Virus record (IMG/VR): IMGVR_UViG_3300031994_000099
Location: 1,039-65,038 of that record
DNA from: a virus
Lineage: Duplodnaviria; Caudoviricetes
DNA: 64,000 nt
Direction: 5' to 3' (one strand)
The position numbers and the translations under genes are program-made. Position 1 is the first letter of the stretch, and every line of letters starts with the position of its first letter. This document shows positions 44,104 through 54,286 of the stretch, piece by piece. Below the pieces are notes generated by a model. That model made no database searches and was not told the origin of the DNA. It was given only the letters and a program-made list of their open reading frames with translations.

Positions 44104-45036
44104 ATGAACCCGACCGAAAAGAACGCTGCCCGGCTTGACCAGGGCGAACAGGTGTTTTTTGACGAGCAGCTGACTCTCGTCAAGGCCCGCACCTATGATG
44201 TCATTCACAAGGACCTCAAGGCCCTCACCCTCCTGCCCGTCAGCACGGAGCAGGATGACGCTGCGGAGCACATTGAATATCGCTCCTATGACCAGGTGGG
44301 CATGGCCAAGATTGTGTCCGACTACGCCAACGATTTTCCCCGTGTGGATACGCTGGGCACGAAAAAGTCTGTTCAGGTTCATAGCCTGGGCGACTCCTAT
44401 GGCTACAGCATCCAGGAAATTCGCCGGGCGGCCCGGGCTAACTTCAACCTGGACGCACGCCGTGCTATGGCTGCCCGCCGGGGTATTGAGGAAAAGCAGG
44501 ACCACATTGCCTGGTTTGGCGACCAGAAGGCTGGCCTGAATGGCTTCATCAACGCCGAAGGCATCACTGAATATGTGGCTGCCAATGGCGCAGGTGGCGG
44601 CAAGGCTTGGAGCGGCAAGACCGCTGATGAAATCCTTGCGGATGTTGTCGGCATCATTACCGCTGCCCCGGAGTCTACCAACGGCAAGGAGGTGCCTGAC
44701 ACACTCATTCTCCCGCTGGCCCTCTACAACAAGTTGGCCTACACCCCGTATGGCGACAACCGGGACAAGACCCTCTTGACCTTTATCCGGGACAACTACC
44801 CGACCCTGACCCGCATTGAATGGGTCCAGGACCTCGTGGGAGCCGGGGCAGGCAAGACCAACCGGGTGATGGCCTACACTCGTGACCCGATGAAGGTTGA
44901 GGTCCAAATTCCGCTCCGCTTGGAACAGCTGCCCCCGGAACGCAAGGGCATGGAATACTCTGTGATTTGCCACCAGAGAACTGCTGGCACCATCGTGTAT
45001 TACCCCATGTCTGTCGTGTTCTGCGATGGCCTTTAA
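44104..45036 (+). CDS. Major capsid protein (DUF2184, HK97 fold)
   Basis: YGYSIQEIRRA, IAWFGD...GFIN, RTAGTIVYYP. Confidence 0.88.
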   Translation: MNPTEKNAARLDQGEQVFFDEQLTLVKARTYDVIHKDLKALTLLPVSTEQDDAAEHIEYRSYDQVGMAKIVSDYANDFPRVDTLGTKKSVQVHSLGDSYGYSIQEIRRAARANFNLDARRAMAARRGIEEKQDHIAWFGDQKAGLNGFINAEGITEYVAANGAGGGKAWSGKTADEILADVVGIITAAPESTNGKEVPDTLILPLALYNKLAYTPYGDNRDKTLLTFIRDNYPTLTRIEWVQDLVGAGAGKTNRVMAYTRDPMKVEVQIPLRLEQLPPERKGMEYSVICHQRTAGTIVYYPMSVVFCDGL

Positions 45037-45080
45037 TTCCTGATGGGAAGACACCCTGCCGCTGGGGATAAATAGGCGGC

Positions 45081-45139
45081 AAACTGCCGGGCTGGGTTCC
45101 GTTGCTTTTGCTCGGCTCCGGCAGTTTTTCTTTTTTTTC
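45081..45139 (+). terminator. Intrinsic terminator after MCP
   Basis: AAACTGCCGG/CCGGCAGTTT stem followed by a long T-run. Confidence 0.75.
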
Positions 45140-45175
45140 AAAAGCAGCAAACTTTTTCATCAGGAAGGTTTAATC

Positions 45176-45559
45176 ATGATTATCAATTTTCGCAAGGCCC
45201 GTTGCCTCGTTGCCGCCCGCAAGTCCAAAGGCTCCCTGACTATTGTTCCGGGTGTCAATATCCTGGACGATAAGGACTGGGATGACATCAAGGACTCCCT
45301 CAAGGACCGCACGGGTGAAGGCAAGGACATTACCACTGTCGTCAAGGTGTCTAAAGGACCCGGCGGCAAGGATGTCACCAGCCCGGTAAAGCCCAGTGAA
45401 CTGGACCCGGCCCAGGCTGAAACCCTTATCAAGTCTGTGGACTCCCTGGATGTTATCAAGAAGTGGCTGAGCATGGAGTCCCGTGACGGGGTCCGGGCTC
45501 AACTCTTTAACCGCCAGGCTGAAATTCTTGAGGTCACCAAGCCTGAAAAAAAGGAATAG
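45176..45559 (+). CDS. Hypothetical virion-associated protein
   Basis: ORF track; position after MCP. Confidence 0.65.
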   Translation: MIINFRKARCLVAARKSKGSLTIVPGVNILDDKDWDDIKDSLKDRTGEGKDITTVVKVSKGPGGKDVTSPVKPSELDPAQAETLIKSVDSLDVIKKWLSMESRDGVRAQLFNRQAEILEVTKPEKKE

Positions 45560-45565
45560 CCCCAG

Positions 45566-45991
45566 ATGAAACCAGCCGCCCTCTCTGTTGAACAATACTT
45601 GCGTGCCCTTGCTCCTCAGTGTATTGCTGACGGGGGCTATGAGGTATTTATCAACATGGCAGAGCAGCGGACCAACCGCCAATTTTACGGACTAAAGGCA
45701 AACCAGGCAGTGGCTTTACTCGCAGCCCACATCTGGTTCCTTTTAGGCTCCGGGAATGGCGGGGCAGGTAGTGGGAACGCTGAAGGCGGGGTCACTGGTT
45801 CTATTGCCTCCAAGCGGGAGGGCGATTTGGCTATTGGGTATGGCTCCGGGGCTGCCTCCGGGTCCAGTTCCCCGTCTGACGCTGAATTGGCTCTTACCCG
45901 GTGGGGGCTTATGCTCTTGAACCTCCGAAAAGGTTGCAAGCCCTTCATTGGGGTCTGCGGGGAGGGAGTATGCCCAAGCCTGCATCCGTGA
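45566..45991 (+). CDS. Head-tail adaptor (DUF4054-like)
   Basis: LLAAHIW, IASKREGDLAIGY, LTRWG...L pattern. Confidence 0.7.
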   Translation: MKPAALSVEQYLRALAPQCIADGGYEVFINMAEQRTNRQFYGLKANQAVALLAAHIWFLLGSGNGGAGSGNAEGGVTGSIASKREGDLAIGYGSGAASGSSSPSDAELALTRWGLMLLNLRKGCKPFIGVCGEGVCPSLHP

Positions 45992-46464
45992 CATTTGAGA
46001 GCAAAGACCTCGGCAAGTCCAAGATAAAAAAGGACCTCCGGGGCCTTAATTCCTATGCTGCCATGGTGGGCATACCCTCTACAGCCCCCCGGCCCGTTGA
46101 CAAAAAGACGAAAAAGCCACTGGCCATCAACATGGCCTCCCTTGCCCTTATCCATGAGCGTGGTTCAGCCGCCAATAACATTCCCGCCCGGCCCTTTATG
46201 AAGCAGACCCGCCAGAGGGCTGAGGGCCGTTTTGCCCGACTCCTGCGGAGGCTCTACAAGCAGGTGGTTAATGGCAAGGTGAACCCGATTAACGGCCTAT
46301 CCAAGTTGGGTGTAGCCTATGAGGGTGAGATGAAAAACACATTCCTAGTGGGCCAGTTTACACCCAATAAGCCAGCGACTATCAAACGCAAGGGGAGTTC
46401 CAGGCCCCTTATTGATACTGGTCACCTGCGCCAATCTATCATTAGCAAGGTGGTAAAGGTATGA
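45970..46464 (+). CDS. Neck / tail-completion protein (virion morphogenesis)
   Basis: HERG...IPARPF, PNKPATIKRKGSSRPLIDTGHLRQSI. Confidence 0.75.
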   Translation: MPKPASVTFESKDLGKSKIKKDLRGLNSYAAMVGIPSTAPRPVDKKTKKPLAINMASLALIHERGSAANNIPARPFMKQTRQRAEGRFARLLRRLYKQVVNGKVNPINGLSKLGVAYEGEMKNTFLVGQFTPNKPATIKRKGSSRPLIDTGHLRQSIISKVVKV

Positions 46465-46802
46465 GCACGCTGTTTCCCCATACCATCGTTGTTCGCCACC
46501 GCTCCGGGACCCTTGTGAAGGGTGTCTGGACTCCTGGCCCAGTTGAGGCTGGGACTTTTGTTGGTTCTGTTCAGCCCGTAAAGGGCAAGGACCTAGACTT
46601 GCTGCCGATTGGCCGCCGGGACACGGGGTCAGTGAAGGTATATTCTAACACACCCCTGGCAGTATCTGTTGAGGGCGGGAACACTCCGGGTGATATTGTA
46701 GTGTGGCAGGGCCGTCAGTGGGAGGTAGTTGCTGAACTCCCCTACCAAAATGACCTCATCCCCCACTACAAGTATTTGGCTACGGATATTGGGGAGGCGT
46801 GA
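46461..46802 (+). CDS. Head-closure protein
   Basis: GSVQP, GDIVVWQGRQWEV; synteny. Confidence 0.65.
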   Translation: MSTLFPHTIVVRHRSGTLVKGVWTPGPVEAGTFVGSVQPVKGKDLDLLPIGRRDTGSVKVYSNTPLAVSVEGGNTPGDIVVWQGRQWEVVAELPYQNDLIPHYKYLATDIGEA

Positions 46803-47386
46803 CGATGGACGCAACCCAACTTTATGAATTTTTGTATGACTGGGCCTCCGGGGTTTTGCCCGGTGTAGTGGTTCGGCAGTCCCATCAGGACTACCCGACC
46901 CCGAAGCACGGCCCGTTCATTGTCCTATCTTATGCGGGGGACTGGGTAAACAGAGGGGCTGCCCCGTCTAGGATGATTTGGGACCGCCCGGACCTCCCGT
47001 CACCGAAGGTCTATCAGTGGCGGGGCCAACTCACTATTTACGAGGTTGACGGGAACGGGGAATTGCTTCACCGCCTGGTGGAGTCCCTAGATGATACTGC
47101 CATCAAGAATGACTTTGGTGATGCCGGGGTGTCGGTGCTCCGCTCTATTGGTCCCCAGATGCAACCCGACCTCCAGGACAGCAATTGGAGGCGTGAGGCT
47201 ATCCTGATTTTGGAATTGTCCTGGGCCCGTGCTCTTGCTGGTAGCCTTGAGGTCATTGAAAAGGTTGAAATCACCCAGGTGGAAAAGACCGCCGCCGTGG
47301 ACTCTGACAACATCCTAATATCTGGCGGGACTGATAATGGGGTTGTTATTGCTGAGGAAACAAAAAATTCATTTATTATTCCATAG
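46799..47386 (+). CDS. Tail terminator / neck protein
   Basis: Synteny between head closure and sheath. Confidence 0.6.
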   Translation: MTMDATQLYEFLYDWASGVLPGVVVRQSHQDYPTPKHGPFIVLSYAGDWVNRGAAPSRMIWDRPDLPSPKVYQWRGQLTIYEVDGNGELLHRLVESLDDTAIKNDFGDAGVSVLRSIGPQMQPDLQDSNWRREAILILELSWARALAGSLEVIEKVEITQVEKTAAVDSDNILISGGTDNGVVIAEETKNSFIIP

Positions 47387-47446
47387 TTATTTTGTGAATA
47401 AAAAGGTATATTTAACTTGAGTGCAATCTAAAACTGGAGGCCTTGA

Positions 47447-48493
47447 ATGGCATATAAAGACATAGTTCAAATCAACATTACCCGGCAGACTACCTCTGTG
47501 GCCGTGGCAGCCTTCAATGTGGCCCTGGTCCTCTCGCAGTTTGCTACCTCTAAAACTAGACCTGACTTCAGCCGTGCCCGCTCTTACGGGGATTTGAAGG
47601 CCCTCGCAGACGATGGCTGGACAGAAGGTGACGCTGTGTATAAGATGGCCCAGGCTATCTTTATGCAGAACCCCTGCGTGTCCCGGATTGTCGTGGGCCG
47701 CATTGACTCGCAGGATGCGGACCTGGCAGCCTCTATGGCGGCAATTCAGGCTGAAGACAATTCCTGGTATGGCGTTGCCCTGGACCAGGCCCTGGCTAGT
47801 TCCCAGCAGGCACTGGCGGCCTGGACTGAGGCCAACAAGCGGTTCTCTATTATGTGGACCACGAACCCCGACACTTACGATGCCGCCAAGGACACTGACC
47901 TGGCCTCTGTCCTCAAGGGTAAATATGACCGCACGGCTGTGATTTTCAATGAAGCCCCGGCGGATGGCGATGACTACCCGGACGCAGCGTGGATGGGTGA
48001 AGGGTTCCCGTATGACCCCGGCAGTTCTACCTGGGCCTACAAGACCCTCAAGGGGGTGACCAAGAGCAATATCACCCCGGCCAAAGAAACAGTGCTCCAG
48101 TCCAAGAATTGCAACTATTACTCCGAAGTGGGTGGCGTGAATGTTACCCAGGAAGGCAAGGTTGCATCCGGGGAATGGATTGATATCATCATTGGGACAG
48201 ACTGGCTTGAGGCCCGCCTCCGTGAGGCCGTGTTCTCTGCGTTTGTGAACAACCGCAAGGTGCCCTATGACGATGATGGTATCACCACTGTGGAAGGTAT
48301 TGTGCGTGGGGTTCTCGTTCAGGCCGCCTCCGCAGGCATCCTCCAGAAGGACTCCATTGAGGTGACTGTCCCCAAATACAAGGACATTCCCCAGGCAGAC
48401 CGGGCAAACCGCCTCCTGCCGGACATCAAATTCACGGCCCTTTATCAGGGGGCTATCCACAAGACTAAAATTGACGGCACCATTTCCGTTTAA
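47447..48493 (+). CDS. Tail sheath protein (DUF3383-type)
   Basis: PGSSTWAYKTLKGV, GEWIDIIIGTDWL, KVPYDDDGI. Confidence 0.88.
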   Translation: MAYKDIVQINITRQTTSVAVAAFNVALVLSQFATSKTRPDFSRARSYGDLKALADDGWTEGDAVYKMAQAIFMQNPCVSRIVVGRIDSQDADLAASMAAIQAEDNSWYGVALDQALASSQQALAAWTEANKRFSIMWTTNPDTYDAAKDTDLASVLKGKYDRTAVIFNEAPADGDDYPDAAWMGEGFPYDPGSSTWAYKTLKGVTKSNITPAKETVLQSKNCNYYSEVGGVNVTQEGKVASGEWIDIIIGTDWLEARLREAVFSAFVNNRKVPYDDDGITTVEGIVRGVLVQAASAGILQKDSIEVTVPKYKDIPQADRANRLLPDIKFTALYQGAIHKTKIDGTISV

Positions 48494-48505
48494 GGAGGTA
48501 TCACA

Positions 48506-48943
48506 ATGCCCGTTACTAATCCACTTGTAAAGACATATGACCCGAAGATGGTGTCAGTGTCCTGGGGTGCCTTGACCTTTAGCGGCTATGCTGACGGCAC
48601 CTTCATCAATGCCACCCGTTCCGGGGAGGCCTTCACCAAGCGTAAAGGAGCCGGGGGTGATGTAGAACGCACCAACAAGAATGCGTTTGACTACACCATT
48701 GAACTCACGCTGCTCCAGACCAGTTCCACTAACACGGCGTTGTCGGCTGCGTTGGCAGCGGACCAGGCTGGAAATGTTGGGGTGTTCCCGTTCATCATCA
48801 AGGACCTCCTTGGTCAGACCCTCCTCACGGCTCCCCAGGCCTGGATTGCCCAGGACCCGGCTATTGAGGAAGGTGATGAGACCACCAACCGCACCTGGAC
48901 ATTCCACACTGGCCCTGCGTCCTCTGTCGTTGGAGGTAACTAA
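48506..48943 (+). CDS. Tail tube protein (DUF3277-type)
   Basis: TYDPKMVSV...GYADGTFI...LLQTS. Confidence 0.8.
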   Translation: MPVTNPLVKTYDPKMVSVSWGALTFSGYADGTFINATRSGEAFTKRKGAGGDVERTNKNAFDYTIELTLLQTSSTNTALSAALAADQAGNVGVFPFIIKDLLGQTLLTAPQAWIAQDPAIEEGDETTNRTWTFHTGPASSVVGGN

Positions 48944-48945
48944 TC

Positions 48946-49434
48946 ATGCTCACCCCGGCTACAAAAACCTTTGACGGCGTTCAGGTCACCTTCATTCCGC
49001 TCCCTCTCTTGGATGCCTCGTCTATTGACGCCCGTGTGGCGGCCCTTGTTTTGCCGCTCCTGGAACTCCTTGAGACCACGGACTTGTCCACTATGGATGT
49101 AAACCTCAAGGCCCTGGGCACTATCATGTCCCGGAGCCTCGCCACCCTCTCTAGGCAAGCCCAGCAGGAACTCATTGTGGACTCCCTCCGGGGCTGCACC
49201 ATCCAGGTTCCGGGCAAGGCCCCGGCAGAAATTACGGATGCCGCCACCCTTAACAAGACCCTGGAAGGGGTTGGCCTTGATGTCCTCTATCAGATTGTGT
49301 TTGAGGCCTGGAGGTTCAACAAGTTGTCCCCTTTTGTCCTGGCGGCCCGTATTGGGTTGAAAACTCTGCCAATCCCTACCTTCATGGGGCCCAAAGCAGA
49401 AGCAACGGGACATGGAATAAAATTGGCAAGGTAG
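48946..49434 (+). CDS. Tail assembly chaperone (G)
   Basis: Between tube and tape measure; slippery CCCTTTT at 49329-49335. Confidence 0.75.
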   Translation: MLTPATKTFDGVQVTFIPLPLLDASSIDARVAALVLPLLELLETTDLSTMDVNLKALGTIMSRSLATLSRQAQQELIVDSLRGCTIQVPGKAPAEITDAATLNKTLEGVGLDVLYQIVFEAWRFNKLSPFVLAARIGLKTLPIPTFMGPKAEATGHGIKLAR

Positions 49435-49646
49435 GACAGCTGCGGTCCGACCTAGACGGGGAATGGCCTATTTGGCGGATTGTAATTGAGGCCCACCAGC
49501 CTTTATCCGAAGTGCTACGCTGGGACCTTGAAGATGTCCGCAAGGTCAATTCCCTCCTAGATATGCGGGCGGCCCACTCTGCGGCCTATACTGAGTATAA
49601 CACCCGGAACCTAGAAAAGGACATGGCAAAGAAAAATGGTCATTGA
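49329..49646 (+). CDS. Tail chaperone GT extension (-1 frameshift frame)
   Basis: -1 frame open from 49305 to 49646 with no usable start for the conserved part: ...EWPIWRIVIE...WDLEDVRKVNSLLDM... Confidence 0.7.
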   Translation, partial: PFCPGGPYWVENSANPYLHGAQSRSNGTWNKIGKVGQLRSDLDGEWPIWRIVIEAHQPLSEVLRWDLEDVRKVNSLLDMRAAHSAAYTEYNTRNLEKDMAKKNGH

Positions 49647-51300
49647 GGAACTTACAACCCGGCTTGGATTTCAGGTGGACCCGAACGGCCTGGACAAGGG
49701 CAAGCAAGCCCTTGGCGGGTTCAAGAAGTGGGCTGCCGGGATAGGTATTGCTGCGGGAGCGGCTTTTGCCTACCTCGCCAAGACTGGGGTGGATGCTGCC
49801 ATGACCATGGAGTCTATCACGGCCCAGTTTACAGTCATGACCGGGTCTGCCGACCGGGCTGCCTCCCTCATTAAGGAAATTGCCGATTTTGCCGCCCATA
49901 CCCCGTTCACCAAGTTGGGATTGTCTGAAGCAGGCAAGACCCTTATGGCGTTTGGGATGGATGCTGAAAAGGTAGTCCCGACCCTTAAAATGCTTGGCGA
50001 TGTAGCTGGGGCAGACCAGAACCGCCTCAACTCCCTCGCCCTAGTGTTTGGCCAAATTCAGTCCACGGGTAAGTTGATGGGGCAGGACCTCCTACAACTT
50101 ATCAACCAGGGGTTCAACCCCCTGACTGTAATGGCCGAAAAGTCCGGCAAGTCCGTGGCAGAACTCAAGGACCTAATGGCCCAGGGTGCTATATCCGCAG
50201 ATGATGTGACGAGGGCTTTTCAGATAGCCACCAGTGAGGGCGGCCTATTCTTTGGCAACCTAGAGGCCCAGAGCCAGACACTGGCTGGTAAGTTGTCCAC
50301 CCTAAAGGACAATTTTGAAACGGCCCTTCAGAACATGGCTGAGGCCTTTTTCCCGTTGATGAAGCAGATGGCAGATTTTGCTATTGCTATTGACTGGACC
50401 CCGATTGTAAACGGGGCACAGAAAGTGGCTGCTATGATTGGGGACTTGTCCGGGTTGGTAGATACTCTGACCACCTGGCTCAAAAGGCTCTCGCCACTGT
50501 TTCTGATGATTTTTGGCCCACGCCTCCGGGTGATGCTAACTTCAGCCATCACTCAGACACGGGCATATGCTGCTGCCACCCTTTTCCTTCAGCGGGCTCA
50601 CCTTGCCGCCGGGGCCGCTGCTAACTACCAGTTGACCGCCACGGGACTACTCAAGGCAGGCATGTTCTCTGCTACCCAGGCCGCTAAAGGCTTTGGGGCA
50701 GGAATGAAGGCCGCATTCACCGGGGTCCTGGGTTCCCTTAACATCTTGTTGGCAGGATTGGCAGCGGTCAAGGAGTTGTATGACTACTTTGTAATTGAGG
50801 CCCCCAAGCAGCTGGGTAAAGAATTTGAGGCCCAGACCATTGAAGACTTCAAGAAGGGTGAGGGGGCCTATTCCATGATGGGCGGTCCCGAAGGTTATAT
50901 GCAATTTTGGCAGCGTGTATATAAGGACTCAGAAAAGAAACTCAAGGACCTCGTGAACCAGCCCGGAGCATCCCAGGCCGCAATTGATAAGGCCTCCCAG
51001 GACTATAAGGATGCCCAGAAGATGTATGAGGAGGGGGCTGCCCTATACAAGAAGGTGCGTGGGATTGAGTGGTCCACTGCTAGGGCCAAGGGGGCTGCCT
51101 CGCAGGGGGTCCAGCAGACCATCACGGAGTCTAACAAGACAGTCAAGATTGATAACAAGTTTGACTTTGAGATTGCCGCCCCGGCTGATAAGAACACCCA
51201 GACCGGGCTGACTGCCGCTGATGTAGCCCAGCTGGCCAACCAGGCTATTGACGCAGCCTTCAATATCCGTTTGAAATCCTTAATTGTGGGGGCCATGTGA
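49636..51300 (+). CDS. Tape measure protein (554 aa)
   Basis: Tape-measure N-domain FAAHTPF...LGDVAG...GKLMGQDLLQL...G.FFG. Confidence 0.9.
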   Translation: MVIEELTTRLGFQVDPNGLDKGKQALGGFKKWAAGIGIAAGAAFAYLAKTGVDAAMTMESITAQFTVMTGSADRAASLIKEIADFAAHTPFTKLGLSEAGKTLMAFGMDAEKVVPTLKMLGDVAGADQNRLNSLALVFGQIQSTGKLMGQDLLQLINQGFNPLTVMAEKSGKSVAELKDLMAQGAISADDVTRAFQIATSEGGLFFGNLEAQSQTLAGKLSTLKDNFETALQNMAEAFFPLMKQMADFAIAIDWTPIVNGAQKVAAMIGDLSGLVDTLTTWLKRLSPLFLMIFGPRLRVMLTSAITQTRAYAAATLFLQRAHLAAGAAANYQLTATGLLKAGMFSATQAAKGFGAGMKAAFTGVLGSLNILLAGLAAVKELYDYFVIEAPKQLGKEFEAQTIEDFKKGEGAYSMMGGPEGYMQFWQRVYKDSEKKLKDLVNQPGASQAAIDKASQDYKDAQKMYEEGAALYKKVRGIEWSTARAKGAASQGVQQTITESNKTVKIDNKFDFEIAAPADKNTQTGLTAADVAQLANQAIDAAFNIRLKSLIVGAM

Positions 51301-51977
51301 TAAGTGTTCTTCAGGCAATTGACCAGGCTATTAGTGGCCGATTTGAGCCCACTGTCCCGGTGAGTCTGTTTTACCGGGCAGACGGGTGGAGCGTGGGTGA
51401 AATTAGTTTAGACTTAATCTTGACTGAAACTCATGCCCTCAATGCTGCTGTAACCCAGCACCCGGTTCAAGATGGGTCCACGATTAGTGACCACATCACT
51501 ATCCTGCCCCGCTCCGGGACTATGAGAGCATTAGTGTCTAACTTTTCGCTGTCCACTGCTGAAGGGGACGCCAAAGCAGCCTGGGAGGAAATTTATGCCC
51601 AGGGGCAGGAGGCCCGCAAGACCCTCCCCAACCGGGCAGCAGATGCCTGGGAAAAACTCAAGGACCTCGTTAAAAAGAGGGAACTGGTGAAGGTTGTCAC
51701 CTCACTAGAGGTCTATGAGGATATGGCCCTGACTAGGGTTGAGACAGTCAGGGACGGGGACACGGGCGATGCCCTTGAGATTGATATTGACTATGAGCAG
51801 GTGACCAAGGTAAAGTTGCGGGAAACAAAGGTCACGGCTCAGGTCCAACCCCGTGATATGAAATCTACTATCAATCAAAAGTCTGCGGTCCAGGTGAACT
51901 CCGGGCAGAAGGTAGGAACGGGGGCCACTGCTCAAGAGGAGGCCCAGCTGACCTTTGGGGAGGTGGCTGTCCCATGA
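51297..51977 (+). CDS. Baseplate / tail tube initiator protein
   Basis: HPVQDGSTISDH, VVTSLEVYEDM. Confidence 0.7.
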   Translation: MISVLQAIDQAISGRFEPTVPVSLFYRADGWSVGEISLDLILTETHALNAAVTQHPVQDGSTISDHITILPRSGTMRALVSNFSLSTAEGDAKAAWEEIYAQGQEARKTLPNRAADAWEKLKDLVKKRELVKVVTSLEVYEDMALTRVETVRDGDTGDALEIDIDYEQVTKVKLRETKVTAQVQPRDMKSTINQKSAVQVNSGQKVGTGATAQEEAQLTFGEVAVP

Positions 51978-52327
51978 TGAAAATTCCTTTTGACCCGACT
52001 ATTTCTGCGGACCAGCAATTTCAGGTGCTTATACCTGAGCGGGCTGTGATTATGCTCACGCTGCGGTGGAACACCCGGAGCGGCTTTTGGTATGCTGATA
52101 TTGAGTCCGGGGGAAAAGTCCTGAACGGCCTCAAGGTAGTTCCCCGCTGGCCTATCTTACGGGAGCACCAGGCCCTCTCGCCTATTGACGGGGACCTTAT
52201 TGCCCTGCCGTTGTCCGGGAATGCCCCGGACCCGATACCCTATGAAGGCCTGGGGGACTCTTGGGGGCTGTTCTGGCTTGCCCCTGAGGATGTAAAGAAA
52301 TGGGAGGCTGCCCATGGCCTGGGATAG
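51974..52327 (+). CDS. Baseplate protein
   Basis: LTLRWNTRSGFWYADI; synteny. Confidence 0.65.
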   Translation: MMKIPFDPTISADQQFQVLIPERAVIMLTLRWNTRSGFWYADIESGGKVLNGLKVVPRWPILREHQALSPIDGDLIALPLSGNAPDPIPYEGLGDSWGLFWLAPEDVKKWEAAHGLG

Positions 52328-53300
52328 GATTTGCCGTGTAGTAGTTCGGACCCCCACTGGACCCGGCAGGGGCAGTTATACCGAAGTGGAACTCACCAGC
52401 CTCCATGTGGACTTTAACATCACCCGGTCCCGTGTCTTTAATGACAACGAGGCCAAGTTGAATATCTACAATGCAGCTCCCGACTTTATCCGAAGGGTGC
52501 TGCAGCGGGGGTCTAACCTCCTAGTGTATGCTGGGTATAAGGATGAGGGTGAGGGCCTTATTTACCAGGGCAATATTGTGGGCGTGACCTCCGTGAGGAC
52601 AGGGGCAGACATAGTGACCTCTGTTATGGCTATGTCCTTGCGGTCCCTTGACAAGCCCTTTACATCTACCCCGGTGGTGCTAAATTTTGCTCCCGGAGCC
52701 ACGGCTGACGAGGTTGTAGTTGAGATTGGGGCACGGCTGGGCCTAGTCCCGATTGGGGCAGAAAATGCAAAGGGCATTACATTCCCGCAGGGCTGGGCGT
52801 TTGTAGGCCCGGTTGGCCTTGCTATTGAACGGATAGGCCGGGACCTTATGGCGCATGGGTATGGGCTGTATATTGACCTGGCTGAATTAGTTGTCTATTC
52901 CACCCAGGCAGATAGCACCTACACGCTGGCATACCTCCATTATGGGGCGGGCCTCCTATCTATCAAGGACACCACGGACTATATCGCAGCGGCCCGTGGT
53001 AGGATTGATGAGATGGGCCAGACGAAAAGGACCACCACGGGTAAAGGCAAGAACAAAAAGGTCATCATCACCACGGAGGCCTCAAAGAATGTATATGAGG
53101 AATTGGAAAAGGTTTTCACATCCCTTAAAAAGACCCTGAGTGCCCAGACCTTAATGATGCCGAAAGTTCGCCCCAATAGCCTAGTCCAGGTAGATACCCC
53201 GGAACACTCCGGGCTGTTTGTGGTGGACCATATGACCATCCGGGGTGGTAATTATGAGGGCGTGACCTTTGTAATGGGCCTAGAATTGGTGGAGGCTTAA
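52314..53300 (+). CDS. Baseplate hub protein
   Basis: AKLNIYN, LLVYAGY...IYQGNI; synteny. Confidence 0.7.
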   Translation: MAWDRICRVVVRTPTGPGRGSYTEVELTSLHVDFNITRSRVFNDNEAKLNIYNAAPDFIRRVLQRGSNLLVYAGYKDEGEGLIYQGNIVGVTSVRTGADIVTSVMAMSLRSLDKPFTSTPVVLNFAPGATADEVVVEIGARLGLVPIGAENAKGITFPQGWAFVGPVGLAIERIGRDLMAHGYGLYIDLAELVVYSTQADSTYTLAYLHYGAGLLSIKDTTDYIAAARGRIDEMGQTKRTTTGKGKNKKVIITTEASKNVYEELEKVFTSLKKTLSAQTLMMPKVRPNSLVQVDTPEHSGLFVVDHMTIRGGNYEGVTFVMGLELVEA

Positions 53301-53304
53301 AACT

Positions 53305-53919
53305 ATGTCACTAGCATCTGCTTTGTCTGCTTATATGGCTAGCACGCTGGGCGTGGTCCACACGGCTATGCCCGCCAAGATAGTGTCTTATGACCCCAAG
53401 ACCCACCTGGCTGAGGTAGTCCCCACTGTCCGTATGGCGATGGACAACGGGGTGGAGTTGGAACTGCCTAAACTCAAGCGGGTCCCGGTCATTTTCCCCT
53501 CCACCACGGCGTTTGATATTGAGTTCCCGGTTGCCCCGGATGATGAAGTGCTTTTAATCTTTTCTGAGGCTGATTTGTCAGCCTGGATTGAGAGTAAAGG
53601 CACCGATGTAGTCAGCCCCGGAACGCCTAGCCGCTTTGGTCTAAATTCTGCCATTGCTATTCCGGGCCTCAGGCCTACCCGCAAGGAGGGTTCTGCCCGT
53701 ATGGCCGTGGATGATAAGGGCACGATGACTATCACCGCCCCCAAGATTGTCCTGAACGGCCAGGTGGTAGTTGAAAAGGATATGCTGGTGCGGGATGATG
53801 TCTATGTAGGCCCCAAGCCCGCTGGCCCCGGCGTGTCGCTTAAAAATCATGTTCACCCGACTGCGGTTGGCCCGACCTCCCCGGCCACCCCGGCCCCTAT
53901 TCCCCCGGAGGTTCAGTGA
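53305..53919 (+). CDS. Baseplate spike (Gp138/gpV-like)
   Basis: HTAMPAKIVSYD, VPVIFP, GDE-like VLLIFSE, LKNHVH tip. Confidence 0.8.
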   Translation: MSLASALSAYMASTLGVVHTAMPAKIVSYDPKTHLAEVVPTVRMAMDNGVELELPKLKRVPVIFPSTTAFDIEFPVAPDDEVLLIFSEADLSAWIESKGTDVVSPGTPSRFGLNSAIAIPGLRPTRKEGSARMAVDDKGTMTITAPKIVLNGQVVVEKDMLVRDDVYVGPKPAGPGVSLKNHVHPTAVGPTSPATPAPIPPEVQ

Positions 53920-53920
53920 T

Positions 53921-54211
53921 ATGGCCCTTAACTTGACAAAATTTAAATCAGACCTAAAGACTGCCCTGCTGAAGGCTCAGGCCAAGAACCAGGTTGACAA
54001 CCTCACAGAGGACCCGAAGGATGCCCCGGAGGCTGCTATGGGCAACCTGGCAGATGAACTAGCAGCAGTGATTGATGCCTATATCAAGACCGCCACTGTT
54101 AGCACCACTGTTAGCACTACAGTGACGGGGACTTGCGCAACTCCCGCCGGGGGCGGGGCAGGGACTATTGCTGGAACCGGGTCTGGCTCCGGCACGGGGT
54201 CCTTATCATGA
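53921..54211 (+). CDS. Small virion protein with Gly/Thr-rich C-terminus
   Basis: MALNLTKFKSDL...GTGSGSGTGSLS. Confidence 0.6.
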   Translation: MALNLTKFKSDLKTALLKAQAKNQVDNLTEDPKDAPEAAMGNLADELAAVIDAYIKTATVSTTVSTTVTGTCATPAGGGAGTIAGTGSGSGTGSLS

Positions 54212-54286
54212 GGAATAGGGCCGCCGGGGTGAGGGCCAGACTGGTTTGGAGGCCACCCCGCCCGGCCCGTTAAAACGAGGTAATTT

